Shown here: piece by piece, positions 1 to 11,949 of the stretch
How positions within the stretch are numbered: position 1 is the stretch's first letter
Layout of the letters: every line of letters starts with the position of its first letter
Assembly (NCBI GenBank): GCA_000002445.1
Contig: CM000207.1
Span: 2,993,548-3,057,547, forward strand
DNA from: Trypanosoma brucei
Lineage: Eukaryota
DNA length: 64,000 nt
Direction of reading: 5' to 3'
Notes under the pieces: generated by a model
What the model was told of the DNA's origin: nothing
What the model saw: only the letters and a program-made list of their open reading frames with translations
The model's database searches: none
Made by a program: the position numbers and the translations under genes

Positions 1-360
1 GTAGAAATTATCGCCATTACAAAGCCACCAAAGGTTTTGCATGCTTGGAATAAAGGAAATTTGCCGGATTTTAGAAATGTCTGTATTTCAAATATGGGGA
101 AAAAATTAAGGAAGTCAAGAAATAACGTGGATGTCACGAATGAAGCAGTGACTAAAGGCATTGGCACAGCAGCAAATAAAAAAGACAACACAGAAATGTA
201 AGGGAGTATAGCCACCGTTTTGCACACGAGAACTGACCGAACTTGACGAAAAAATAAGGGATTGTACAAATAAAAAGCACAGAGAGATGAACTTATATAG
301 AAGAGAAGGAAGGTTCTTGCTGAAACATCCCTACAACAAAAGAAGAAAAATGTCTCGAAA

Positions 361-1267
361 ATGTCAGTGACCGATACAGAAAGTTGGAATTTAGTTAAGT
401 CCATTAACGCACCGAGACTAATAACATCTCCTGTTCTGGTAGATAATGAAGAACCTCTCACACGTAGACAGCAAGCTAATAAGTCAGCACAGATGCATAA
501 AGAGATGCCAAAGAAAGCACCAGATGCTCTTCCCACGAGCATATCTTATCGAGAGCGGGGATTACAAACAATAACGATGGCAGAACGTGATGCAGAACTA
601 AAGGAACTGTCTTCACGCACTTCCTCCCGTAAGGACGATATAAAATGTGAGCAGTTAGTTGAAGAAATTAGGACACTGCAGCAAGGAATGTGTCTTCAAG
701 CTCTTCAACTGTAACTTACATAGACACCGAGTGCCGGAGTGGAAGCATGGCGTCATCGTCTCGCTAATCAAACTCAACAAACCGACCAAGTGTATGTCAT
801 CGTTCCGGCTCATCACGCTCACTAGAACATTCTTTAGGCTCATGGAGAGGATCGTAGTGGGATGCATCCGAGACACAGTAGAATGTAAGCTACAACCACA
901 GCAAGCTGGTTTCCGTCCGGAGAGGTATACATTAGACGCTCTGATGACACTCACAGACTCCCTGACACATAGAGTAGTAGGAGAGAAAACTGCGGCGGTA
1001 TTCATAGATTATGCCAGGGCATTTGACTCTGCGGATCACAGGTGGATAATAGATGCACGAGAAAGATATGAAGTAGGCATCCACCTCATTGATTGTGTTG
1101 CTAATTTTCTGGATGGACGAACTGCAGTAGTACGAATAAAAAACACCCTCTCAAATAAAAATACAACTCACGTATGGTGTTTTACAAGGTTCCGTGTTGG
1201 GGTCATTGCTATTCATTATCGAAATGGACTCCCTCAGTCCGAAACTAAATGCCATTGTAGCCATTAA
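361..1267 (+). pseudogene. DIRE reverse-transcriptase domain remnant
   Basis: ORFs 361..714 and 659..1267 align by eye to the ingi RT region (LTSCLCKVMERIIAARLRDTVESQLTPQQSGFRPG / AVFVDYEKAID). The frame is broken. Confidence 0.7.
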
Positions 1268-1820
1268 ACACTGCTTCTTCACAGACGACATCACGATAGT
1301 ATGATCTAACACTTACCGGGAAGCTATTAGGCACAAACTGCAAACAGGATTAGATTGAATAGCGAGCTGGTAAGAAGAGCACTATATGGAATTTTCCGCA
1401 GAAAAAACGGAATATAAGTTCTTCAAGGTTAGAGAGACAGAGACTCATTACACCTAATACTGGAAGAGCACAGATAAAAGAAGAGGAATCCCAGACTCCT
1501 TTGGGTGACAATGCAGCCACACAAGGGTGTAAGCAAACATGCTCACACCCTACAAACCGCAGCAAATAAGAGATTAATGAAACTACAGGCTGTTGCATGA
1601 CCTGAATGAGGGAAGAGCACAGAAAGCGTCCGAGATTTTTACTTATCCTTAATCCAGGTAAAATTATGCTATGGGATCGCGACATGGTGATTCAATGCTT
1701 CTCTACCAGACAAGGCGCAGCTTGAACAAGTACATGCGCAGCCGGCACATGTTATCGCTGGTATTCCAAAGTACGCGAATCGGCATGATGCCATGAAGGA
1801 GGTCAACCTTCACAAAATAA

Positions 1821-2702
1821 ATGATAGTGCTCACAGACGAGAAACATAATACTATTGAACAAGGAAGGCGAACGGTAAGGCATCTGCTGATACGGTGGAA
1901 AAAAATATTTCCACTAAGTCATCCGATACACACGCACCTGCAGAGTGTGTTGCACCTGTATGAAGAAGTAGACAGACCGGAGAAATCACACACGGCAAAC
2001 GTATCGCGACTGGCAAGGAGAATTTACTTCAACACAACAACAGCTGGTCTTCATTCCGAGGTTTCCAACAGCGAGAAGAAAAGACACACAATGCAAAGGG
2101 TACGTAGATTCAAAGAATACGATTACCGAGTGTGGGCGGATGGGTCGGTGATACTGAACGAATCCTCTGGTTCCGGCACGAAAATATACCCTACACAAGG
2201 TAATGCGGTAAAAGTGAAGAAAGGAGCAGGCAGGTCAGCATGCAGCTATAGAGCCGAGTGCACAGCCATGGAGGCAGAACTTATGAAACTCAAAACAGTA
2301 ACAAAGATCAACGAGAGTGGAAAAGGAAAAGTGGCAATATTCACAGACTTGTTATATTCATTAATAGAGCTTAAAACAGGTCCTGCAGTGGTGACGGATT
2401 CCATACTACGACGCATATGGGATCTGATCATACACTTCATGAAACTGAGAGTAGCCATGCCGTTTCAGTTTGTGTTTTCGTATTGTAGTATCCAGAGAAA
2501 TTACAAAGTGGAAGACCTCGCAAACAAAGGAAACCACATGCCACAAACCTATCCTGCATGGATCACCGACATTGTCACAGGTATAATGCGCCAATTACGT
2601 AATCAGGTACAACGCGCATTTGCTAAAGGCCAGGGTCCAAACACACACCGCAGTGCTTTACTAAACCATATAGAAACGACAACAAAAAACAAGGAACTAT
2701 AA
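1821..2702 (+). pseudogene. DIRE RNase H domain remnant
   Basis: The 293-aa ORF contains the D..E..D RNase H triad context (WADGSV, RAECTAMEAE, IFTDLLYSL), parallel to ingi WTDGSV / RAECVALEIG / IFSDSLSML. Confidence 0.7.
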
Positions 2703-2932
2703 ATGGAAAGTGAGTCACTGTTATCTCAATTTAGAACAGGGACTTCAAAGCATTTAGAATGGTTACATAGTGTGATCACACAAGAGGTTAAAGAATTGGA
2801 GTGTACATGGTGTACAAAAAAAAAGGGGAACATTTTAAAAAATACCCCTAACCCCACTTAAAACACTGTAAAGAATGAATAAAATGAGAAAGGAAAGGTG
2901 GTAATAGCAACTAGACACAATGACAATGTCAT

Positions 2933-4413
2933 ATGCCCAGTTTGAAACATTTTGTATGCGAGACGATCAATGGGGAGTTTTCACACAATGAAAATACATC
3001 ATGGGTTTGTGAAAATGAACTCACTGCCTTAATGATGGCGCCAAGACCAGCACAGGCGTATAATGTGGTCTATTGGTGTCACGTATGTGGTAAGGTATTC
3101 GACCGAAAGGGTCCACTGCAACAACACATGCCACAAAATGCTCCGACAACTCCAGTAGTATGGACAGAGCTACAAAAGATGAAGCGAGAAGGAGAACAGT
3201 CGTTGCCAGCCGTCCACAAGTGTCAATGGCACCCGAAGCAGTGTTCCACGTATGGATTGGTGGTTAGGCATATACATCTGAAATATCCTGAAAAACAAAC
3301 TGAAGTGACACAACAAACGGAAATGTAGGATGTGAACGACGAAGATGAACAAGAGAAAGCACCACAAGCGTCCGAATGTCTCAGCTGCAAACAGGTGTAT
3401 AAAAGGAAAACATGGCTCACTATAAATAAGTGCAATCATAAACAGAGGAAAGGGGAACCAAGCACAACACTACAGGAACCATTGCTGCAGAGAGAAGCGT
3501 GTAAGTTATACGGTAAAGAATATCACCACAGTTGGATGTTACGCCATATGAATGCAAAACACACCGGGTATGACATTTCATTCAGATCCAAAGCCGATAA
3601 ATATAAGAAAAGTAACGAAGGAGATAACAAGGTTGCAAGCAAAGAAAAATACTGGTGGAGAGAACAAAAATAAATATGACAATGAGCCACAACTTTGTGT
3701 TTTCGACAAATGAAAGAGGGGTTTCTGAAGCAAGACATGGCTAACACGCCACAAGTGCGTGAGCGTTGATGAAGCTGACTCAGAAAGTGAGGTTAACAAT
3801 CCCCATGGATCAATTACACAACTATAAACCACTACCAAATATGGATTGATTCCCTGCACCATAAATAGAGTAATCACCAACTCAGACTCGTCACACACAA
3901 AACTTGAGCTCCACGACAAGAAAGAGAGAAAGAGGAACCGAGCACGATATTCCAGCAGATGAGAAGACAATGAGCGATCAGAGAGAGGAGCCGAAACACA
4001 AACGGCATAAGGCTCAATGGCACGCAGAGAACCCTCGTAGGAATTTTTCATGTGGAAGGTGTGAGAACTCCTACATGTCATGGCGCACACTAGTTTGGCG
4101 TACCAGGACACACCACAAAAATGCAATCACTCTCAAGAGGAAGTGTGAATAAAGACCCCTTCAAATCACGCCACTGGTCCATTTTGTACAGCAATGCCAA
4201 CACTGCCCGAAGGTGTGTGGACACAAGCAATATCTAACAATGCACATCCAATCAGAAAATGGGCATACACGTAGCTCTGATAAGCGAAATGAGCTAAAAA
4301 GAAAATGCAAAGAAACATCGGCTCACCTGTCAAAGTGTCCCGTTTTGAGTAAACTCAGGTCTAAGCATGGAGTATACAATCTGAAAGGGGAGACATATAC
4401 TTTGTTGAGTTGA
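2933..4413 (+). pseudogene. DIRE C-terminal zinc-finger region remnant (fragmented)
   Basis: ORFs 2933..3328, 3332..3673, 3904..4152 and 4213..4413 contain CxxC...HxxxH-type motifs comparable to the ingi C-terminal C2H2 fingers. Confidence 0.5.
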
Positions 4414-4820
4414 CGACATTCTTAAGGGCACTCTTATTTCTGACGGAAAATTAGGCTCCTCCCTCAATAGACACGAAGGAGTTAATAACCCGACTGTGAG
4501 TAAAGAGAGAAGTGTTGCTGTCATGCTAATCATCTACTGACTACATACGACACACTATGATGACAGCCAGTGAAATTTTCCTCAGATGATGGAAGACAGT
4601 ATCCAAAGGGGGCTTCCTCAACAAGAGACTGTTAGCCAGGACCACAAGAGAAAGCGAGTGATGGATCGTGAGGATAGAAAACATATCAGTGAAAGAAGTA
4701 GCGGCTTGAGAAGTCTCTTTTAATTGATTGAGGTCCTGGCAGGTAAAGCTAAAAATAGACTAAAAACAGTCCTATTTATTTTCTTAAAATAATCAATGAT
4801 TTGTATAATTTCATTAAAAA

Positions 4821-4836
4821 GTGTTAAAATATATCA
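4821..4836 (-). promoter_or_regulatory. VSG 3'UTR conserved 16-mer (TGATATATTTTAACAC) of VSG-1
   Basis: Plus strand reads gtgttaaaatatatca. It lies about 60 bp past the VSG-1 stop in transcript orientation. Confidence 0.85.
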
Positions 4837-4897
4837 AATTATAAAAAGTTTTAAAAATTCTCCGAATAACAATTATTATAAAATTTTTATAAATTTC

Positions 4898-6523
4898 TTA
4901 ACATTGAGCAAGCATTCTTAAAATTTTATAATGCAAAAATGATTCTAAATCCACAAAAGCAGCAACCATCAGAGCCAATTTTTTATTTACGAGAAAACTT
5001 CTATTTCTGCACATTTCTTTTTCCTTGTAATCTTCATTATATTTACCTTTTCTCCATCCAGAATGCTTTTTACCATCCTTGTTTACTGCCTCACAAAATT
5101 TCTGATCCTAGTGACTAAAGCAGTCACTTTTTCCATCTTTCCCTTCTTGGTTTTCTGCCTCTTTTGCTGCTGTTTGTTTGCCTGTCTCACTCAATGTGCA
5201 CTTTTTCTTGGGTCGTTTAGCTTCGCCATCCCATGTGCATTTTGGGTTTTTGTGCTGGTTGCAGTCTGGCTCTTTGTCTATGTTATTGCATTTTTCTTCG
5301 GCTTCCTCTTGTTGTTTTTTTGAGTCACCTGATGGTTTTTGAGCCGCTTGCGTTGGGCTCTGTGTTTGTTGTTTAAGCGCTTCCATAGCGTTTAGGTTTA
5401 GGAGCGTCGTTAGTGTTTCGTTCAAAGCGTGTACTTGAGCTTCCGCTATTATAGCGTTTTTCGTCTGTGCCTTTTGCTGCTCCACTTCTGCCATCGCGTC
5501 TGTTAGTCCCGTCAGCCAGGTGGGTAGCGTCACTTTGTTGGCCCCCGTTCTGAAACTCGCACATGCGCCCTTGTTGCTACCGTGTTCGCCGTCGCATGCG
5601 CCACTGCCAGTGCCTTGGATCGCGCCGAGTATTCCTATTTTGTTTTCATCGCGCTCTTTCGCGGCATAAAGTTCGGCTCTGAGCGCGGTTAGGATGCTTT
5701 GCAGCTGGGTGTAACCCAGCTTCTGGTAGTTAGGGTGGACAGCCTTGCATTCAGTTAGTATTTTGTGCCAGTCTTGTATTTCGTTTGCGGTGCCATCGAA
5801 TGCCTGTGCCCCCGTGCTGGTTTCGTAGCAGCCAGTGTTTGTGGCTCCGCTGCTGCTGTCGGAGGCACATAAGCAAGCTATGGTCGCGACCACGGTCTTT
5901 GATGCAGCTGTTGCTGGTGCTGTGTTTGCCTGGCCGCAGCTTGTTTGGCGGTTCGTTTGCGCGGCGATTGTTGGCTTTTTAGGGATTGGCCCGTCTGCGC
6001 CGTATACAGCTTTGCGCAGTTTTGACGCAACATCGACGGCGGCCCCTGATGATGCCAGGCCGGCATCTGGCAAGCCTAGTTTTTTTATTGCGTTGACTGT
6101 GTCGTTTATTTTCTGCTTGAATCCACGGTTGTCTGAGTTCGCATGGATTACCTTTTGTCGCTCGTCTTCCGGGAGACTAACGAGCCAGCTTGCTGCCTGT
6201 TTGCAAGGTGCCGCCTTTGCGGCTTTGCAACTGTCGGGAAGCTGATCGTCGCCGCTTGCGCCGCTTGGAGCTTTGCTTATTACAGCTTGCAGTTTGGCTA
6301 TATCGTCTGGCTGTGCTAGAATCGCCGAAATGTGGTCTGCGGTTGTTATCGCTGCCATTTCTGCGTTAGATGGCTCTATCTTTTGGTTATCTAGTTCTGC
6401 AGCAAGTACGAGGCCGCACAGAAAACCAAAGGTTTGCCGGTTTTGTCCGGCGCTTGGGCCTGCGCTACTGACTGGTCTTGCTATCAGAAGCGCTGCTGTC
6501 GCTGCCATAGTTATTAATAACAT
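4898..6523 (-). pseudogene. VSG-1: full-length VSG with in-frame stop in the C-terminal region
   Basis: ORF 5108..6676(-) has an internal Met followed by the signal peptide MLLITMAATAALLIARPVSSAG (start ~6523). It has a long N-terminal domain and a C-terminal domain with KCTWDG and KKKCTLSETGK. A TAG at 5105-5107 is followed in the same frame by ...CRNRSFLVNKKLALMVAAFV..., a GPI-signal-like tail. The 16-mer lies downstream. Confidence 0.8.
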
Positions 6524-7789
6524 CGGCTGAGCTCTGAGCAACCCGCTTTGCTGCGTCGCTATTACCGCGTTTGCGCTGCTGAAAATTTCACTAGACGTGC
6601 TCTTGGCTTGACTTACTTTGGCGCTGGTTTCTTGCTTCGGATGACCTTTGTTGCAAAGAAATGAAAGGCAAATCAATTAAAAATTTACAAACTTTTGTCC
6701 GGCCTTTAGAGCAATAAAACCCGTTACGCTCATTTCTGGATCGTTTAACATCCCCTACATAAAACAATTCAGTTTATTCCAATAATCTGCAACTTTAAAT
6801 ATAACTCATACCTTCTATAAATACATCACAAACTCTTAAGACCTATGAGCTTTGCGCTCTTTCAACGCACATCAACTACTCTTTGGCAGATGCATCTTCA
6901 GAAGCGGTACAACACTGATTCTTCTACCGGAAGCTAAACCTTGACTATTTCCCATTGTTATCCTGGTTTATTGCCTGTCCCTTTCGTCTAATGTTCGCCA
7001 AATGCAGCTCTTTTTTCACTCTTTTGTTTTTAAGTTTCTTTATAATATTCACCAATTCCAGGACAGTGTGTATTCAAATATAAATGGATCGCTTTGTAAC
7101 AGGTGCTAACACATGGAAAGTATACCAATATAGTACTTTTAATGATCTTTCGTCATAAATATTCTACAAAAGCTTCATATACGTGCTATTTTATGCAGTT
7201 TATACATTTTATTTCTTTCCACAATGATAGATTAGTAATCCTGATTTAGAACACAGAATCTCCATAACATTACATTATTTCACACAAATATCGGTATTGT
7301 TACTCTATTGGTTGATAAAAACCTTTAAATTACTTTGCATTTTCCAAAATTAAATTTCTTGTGGTAATCGTTCTGCTTTCTTTACTACTGGATATTAGGG
7401 TCTACCATCAAATTAAAAACTTATGTTGCAGTCATTTAAGCTTTGAATATTTTAATTTCTGATTGAAATATAGAGCATAATTTCCTCCTGTATTACTTCT
7501 TTTCTCCATCCAATGTGTTGTCCTGTACTCTTCCATTTATTTATATATTTGTCAAACGTTTTTCCAATTCCTTTATTAATGCGTAAAGCGTAAAGACACC
7601 ACATGATCAGCACAGTGGTTAGTCTGTCTTAATAATTTTTCCCTCTAATATTATCCTTGTGTTTGAAGACGGTCATCGTTTTCTGTGTTTGAAGCTGCGC
7701 ATATGCCTTTTTCCTCCTCCTCTATCTTTCCCAATTACCTTTTATAATATTTCTTATGATTTCCCACTCCCTCTCATACCCTCTCACTT

Positions 7790-7920
7790 ATAAAGCACTC
7801 TCCTATTATCAGTCCTATTATTATTACTATTTCTGCTTTTATTATAATATTCGTATACAGATACTCTCACAACACTCTCCTATATAATTATTATAGTTAT
7901 TTTTAGCCCTAACCAATATC
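7790..7920. repeat. 70-bp repeat (about 1.5 units) upstream of VSG-1
   Basis: cttttattataatattcgtatacagatactctcacaacactctcc is the reverse complement of the T. brucei 70-bp repeat core. It is flanked by TAA/ATT triplet runs. Confidence 0.8.
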
Positions 7921-8063
7921 TATAAAATAAACAAGATTAGGATGGCACCTATTTTAATTACTTACCACTATATTTCTTTACACACATAAGTAACAATCTT
8001 GCAAATTTTACAAAATTTTTACATTCTCAAAGTTTTCGCTAATTTGCACATTCTCATCGAAAA

Positions 8064-8079
8064 GTGTTAAAATATTGCA
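8064..8079 (-). promoter_or_regulatory. VSG 3'UTR 16-mer variant (VSG-2)
   Basis: gtgttaaaatattgca differs by 2 nt from the consensus. Confidence 0.6.
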
Positions 8080-8108
8080 AATTTTAGCAAATCTCTTCAA
8101 ACAGAATA

Positions 8109-9650
8109 TTAAAAAAATAAGAATACCACGAAACTCATCAAAGCAGCCTTACTCACAGCAAACTTCTTATTAACAAGGAAACTGGAAGAGCGGAACTTGT
8201 AACCGGATTTGTCAGTTCCGTCACTATTTTCTCCCTTACATCCGCAAACTTTAGTGGTTTGACCTTTGTTGGCGTTATCACATTTCTCTAGTGTGTCACG
8301 TTTACTGCAATCTACCCTGGCACTTGTCCCTCCTGTTCCTGCTTGATTTCATGCTTCATGTTTCGTTACTTCCTCCTTATCCCATGTGCACTTCTTTTTG
8401 CCACCTTCACCTTCAACCAATTTTCATGGGGGTTTGCAGTTATCTATCCCTTTCTTTTCGCAAGTTGTATCTGTTTCCAAATTTGTCAGGTTTGGCAGCG
8501 GATTGTTTGCTGAACATTGTTTTGCTTCTGGAACCTGAGAAATGTGTCGCTGAAGTAAAAATGTTGCGACTTCATGGAGCCTGTCAGTTGGTATCTGGTT
8601 TATCTTTTTTACTTCTAGTTGAAGTTCCGGTGGAAAGTCTAAGTCCTCCGCTAATAGGTTGTCGACGAACTCGGTTTTGAATTTGGTCGCATCGATGGTG
8701 ATTATTGCTGTTATTTGCTTTTTTAGGTTCTGTTGTTATGTTCCTGCTTCTGGTGCTTTGAATCTGCCGTTTATTGCGAAGTTTACCTGGGAAAGTTTCC
8801 CCTCGGCTGTTAGCATGGCATATAGGTTCTTGAAGGGGCCAATTGTTTCTGTCAATGCTGTTTCTTCGTAGTTGTGGGCTGCTTTGATTGCTGCTAGCAC
8901 TGCAGGCATCGTTGGTGAGTCTGCCGTATCGTGGTTTAAACTTCCTGGGTTGTAAAACGTCGCACCTCCGGAGCTCGTTGAAAGCAGCCCGGCCATTATG
9001 CTCAGTTGGTTTGCCATTTCTCGGTCGTCGAACAACTTTGTGTCTGATGCTAGGTGTGCTAGAAAATTGCATTTGTTGAAGTCGCAGCCACCGTTTCCTG
9101 TCGCGCTGCCGGCTGCTAGTGCCCCTTGTAGACCTATGCTATCGAATCTGTTTGTCGGGTCTAGGTCGCTTGAGGTCGGTATGTCTGTGCTGCTGCGGCC
9201 TGCTAGCTCACGGCTAAGTTGAGCGTCCGCCTTTGCACTCGCTGTTTGAGTTAAGCACGCTCCATTGGTTGTCGCTGTGCTTGCCCTCAGCTGTTCTAGC
9301 AAATTCATTGCCTCTATAATCTGCCCGCCGAGTATGCCGGTCGTCGCCGCCTTTACCATACCTGCACTTGCCTGCCGCTGCATCGTCGTGTAAAACGAAT
9401 GAATGATGGTTTGAGTGGCTTGTGCAGCTATCATCGAGGTTTCCTTTGATTTTTTCGATTGCCCGAGCAAGCCATATATAGGCATTTGCTCTCTGAGCTT
9501 TTCTGTTTAAATTCGTTTCGCATCTCCTGCTTCTAGGTCGGACTTGACTTCCGCCGCAGTTTTCCTCATCCCTAAAGTTTTTTGCAAAGTTGTGCCAGCT
9601 TTGTTGCGTCTACTGCGTCTTTGTTCGCTGCTTCAATCTGAAAAGCTATC
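8109..9650 (-). pseudogene. VSG-2: VSG pseudogene with multiple frameshifts
   Basis: ORF 8736..9485(-) is an N-terminal-domain fragment. The reverse complement of 8109-8230 encodes ...KVCGCKGENSDGTDKSGYKFRSSSFLVNKKFAVSKAALMSFVVFLFF*. KKKCTWDKEE lies in another frame near 8400. A signal-like RLLLALDL lies in a third frame near 9580. Confidence 0.75.
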
Positions 9651-11599
9651 AAATCTAAAGCTAACAGAAGTCTTTGTGCCTGTATTGCCGTGCTCGTCGT
9701 ACTTTGTTTGTATAGCTGTGATAAAGTTTAGAGAAGAAGTTAAACGACTTTCTGTTTTTAGTGTCTGAGCTGTATCCCTCCAATCGATACAGCATTCTTC
9801 CTCTCATTTTAAGAGTGTGTTTAATGATGATTTTTGTTGCGTTTCCTGTCCCTTCTAGAGTCTTTTTTAGGCGAGAGTTGTTGCCTTGGAGCCGTATTGT
9901 CTGCAGTAGTGTTTGAAGTTAAATTATTTTCTGGTAAGTTTAGGTTAAATATTCGTTATCACCGTTCACCACTTTTCGAGAAACTTTTTGTAGCTCTCTA
10001 AACTTACCCACGTTCCAATATTCAACCATTTGGCCCTCTATTTCTCTATTCCTTCTATCCTCACTATTTCCTTTATGACAATTCCACTTAATTTCACACA
10101 GTTCCAGCTCACATCACAACTGGAATTTTTTTATGGTTAACACTGTATCAGTACTGGTTTGGCAACTACTTCAGCTGCGTACTTCACCCATCGCTGACGA
10201 AAGTGCTCTCTCTTGCCCGTTAGCTGCATTGGTGTTCTTATTTTCTTTTGTTTGTGGAGTACAAGCCCTATGGTTTGAGCTAATCTCGAAGCTAGTTGCT
10301 GTTCATAGATTTTTTTGTTTCTTATCATTACTGGGTATATATGCTCTTGCTTTTGTTGGTGAGAACGTTGCTCGACTCCTTTTAACGTGTCACACCTTTT
10401 TAGTGTAGGATCAATTTTTTTCAAGTTGTGTCATGACTTGTAATCCAAACTCCATGTAACCATCATTAAAAAGAATCTAAACTTTTCTCATCCCTCATAT
10501 ATCAAATTGTCATCTATTCTCCGGAATACAAGTCGTTTGTCGGTTAAAATAATTTAATACTTTTTGTCTTTAATATCGTCCTCTACGGCTTTTAACGGAT
10601 TCTGCTTTCTACAGTTTCATTTGCTTTTACAGCTGCTGGAATAAAAAAGTAACGGCATTTTTTGACGAACACGGTTTGGTTTCTGTTTCTATTTTAGGTC
10701 TCGTTGTTTAATATAGTCAGAAACCACATAAGACCCTTTATTTTGAGTTCATAAAGTGTTTTTTGACAACTTTAGTCTTATCAATCCACTTTTTTACCTG
10801 AATATCAGAGAACTTTTGGAGGTGTGCCCTAGTTTCTTTCAAACTCTTAATATCTCTCCAGTATGCAAATACATAACTTGAAAAATAGTGGCATTGCTTT
10901 TCTCTACTTCATAAAGGCTCCATAACAGTTTATACATGCGCTATTTTTAGCAGTTCAAGTGTTTTCATTATTCTATTCATGGTAATGCATTGGTAGTCAT
11001 AGTTTTAATTTTTCCCCCGTAATATTATATTACTAAACACAAATGTTTGCTATTAGTATTACATTTGACGAGAAAACTAAGATATTTTCCTTACACCTAT
11101 TCAATACCCCCTTCCTTATCTTCTCTGTCAGAGCCATAAATTAGCATTTGCTATTAAATAAAAAACTACAGGGCCACCATCTCTGAAGTAGAATCTATCG
11201 ATTTGTGAGTACAATGTAGAGATCTATAGTCCTTTTATAGCTCTTCGCTCTGCCGTATTTTTTTCGCACTCCTCCATTCTTTTTTGTATTTTTGGGACTT
11301 ATGTTTCATCTTCAATTACTATTTCTTCATATGTTATAGCGGATTGATTTGCCTGTACATTAGACTCTGCTTTCTCACTGATTGATCTATCCATCTTCTT
11401 CTTATTAGCAATTACCACCGTCATAGCTGCTTCAGAAACTAGGCATAATACCTCTCTTTTTCTTTTTTGTCCTTTTCCATCTAACTTTATGCATTTAACT
11501 TGATAATATTTCTCTTCCTCTTTCACTTACTTATTTCCATCGTACCTTGCCATTGTTTTAATTGCTTTTACTTAGGTGATCCATTTTATTTTCACAACC

Positions 11600-11690
11600 A
11601 CACCTACTTTATTATTATAGATACACTCACTTACACTTATATAATTATTATTATTATCTTCCTAATACTATTATAACCCTAACTATTACT
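11600..11690. repeat. 70-bp repeat, degenerate (upstream of VSG-2)
   Basis: cactcacttacacttatataattattattattatc...ataaccctaac is a 70-bp-repeat-like core with a TAA-triplet flank. Confidence 0.6.
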
Positions 11691-11850
11691 CAAAAATAGG
11701 CAAAATAAACAAAGTCAGCATAACAATTAGTTTTGTCGCCCTATCGCCTTACAACTTTATACCCATGGGCTGATATTACACCAAAATTTTATTTTTATCA
11801 TATCTTTTAAATTGCAAAAAGTTAATAATTTTCAATTTTTAAATCAAAAA

Positions 11851-11866
11851 GTGTTAAAATATATCA
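11851..11866 (-). promoter_or_regulatory. VSG 3'UTR 16-mer (VSG-3)
   Basis: gtgttaaaatatatca is an exact reverse complement of the 16-mer. Confidence 0.85.
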
Positions 11867-11949
11867 AATGTTTCAAATTTTAAAAACCCTCTCAAAATAG
11901 AAAATTTCATGATGTTTAAAAAATGGAGGAAAGTTTTTTAGTACACTAA

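Larger units (their letters stand above)
1..4450 (+). mobile_element. DIRE (degenerate ingi-related non-LTR retroelement), 5' end outside window
   Basis: Plus-strand ORF fragments are homologous to the ingi ORF at 43.4-48.6 kb. 361..714 (SWNLVKSINAPRLITSPVLVDNEE) matches ingi CSWHIVKKVYAPRPLTTPAVLVDNAA. 659..1267 is RT-like (AVFIDYARAFDSADH vs ingi AVFVDYEKAIDAVDH; PQQAGFRPER vs PQQSGFRPG). 1821..2702 is RNase H-like (VWADGSVILNESSGSG...SYRAECTAMEAEL vs LWTDGSVSLGEKSGAA...SYRAECVALEIGL). 2933..4413 has C2H2-like fingers (CHVCGKVFDRKGPLQQHM, CGRCENSY). Many stops and frameshifts. The 3' boundary is imprecise. Confidence 0.75.

Noticed and set aside
5063..6530. Plus-strand ORFs overlapping VSGs (for example 5835..6245, 6273..6530, 22470..22817, 41771..42343, 51661..52080)
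   Set aside because: They are antisense frames of GC-rich, low-stop VSG coding sequence with no independent features. All VSG signals (16-mer, GPI tail, signal peptide) are on the minus strand.
8584..9072. 162-aa ORF (minus strand) rich in Arg/Asn within VSG-2
   Set aside because: It is an out-of-frame reading of VSG-2 coding sequence with no VSG motifs.
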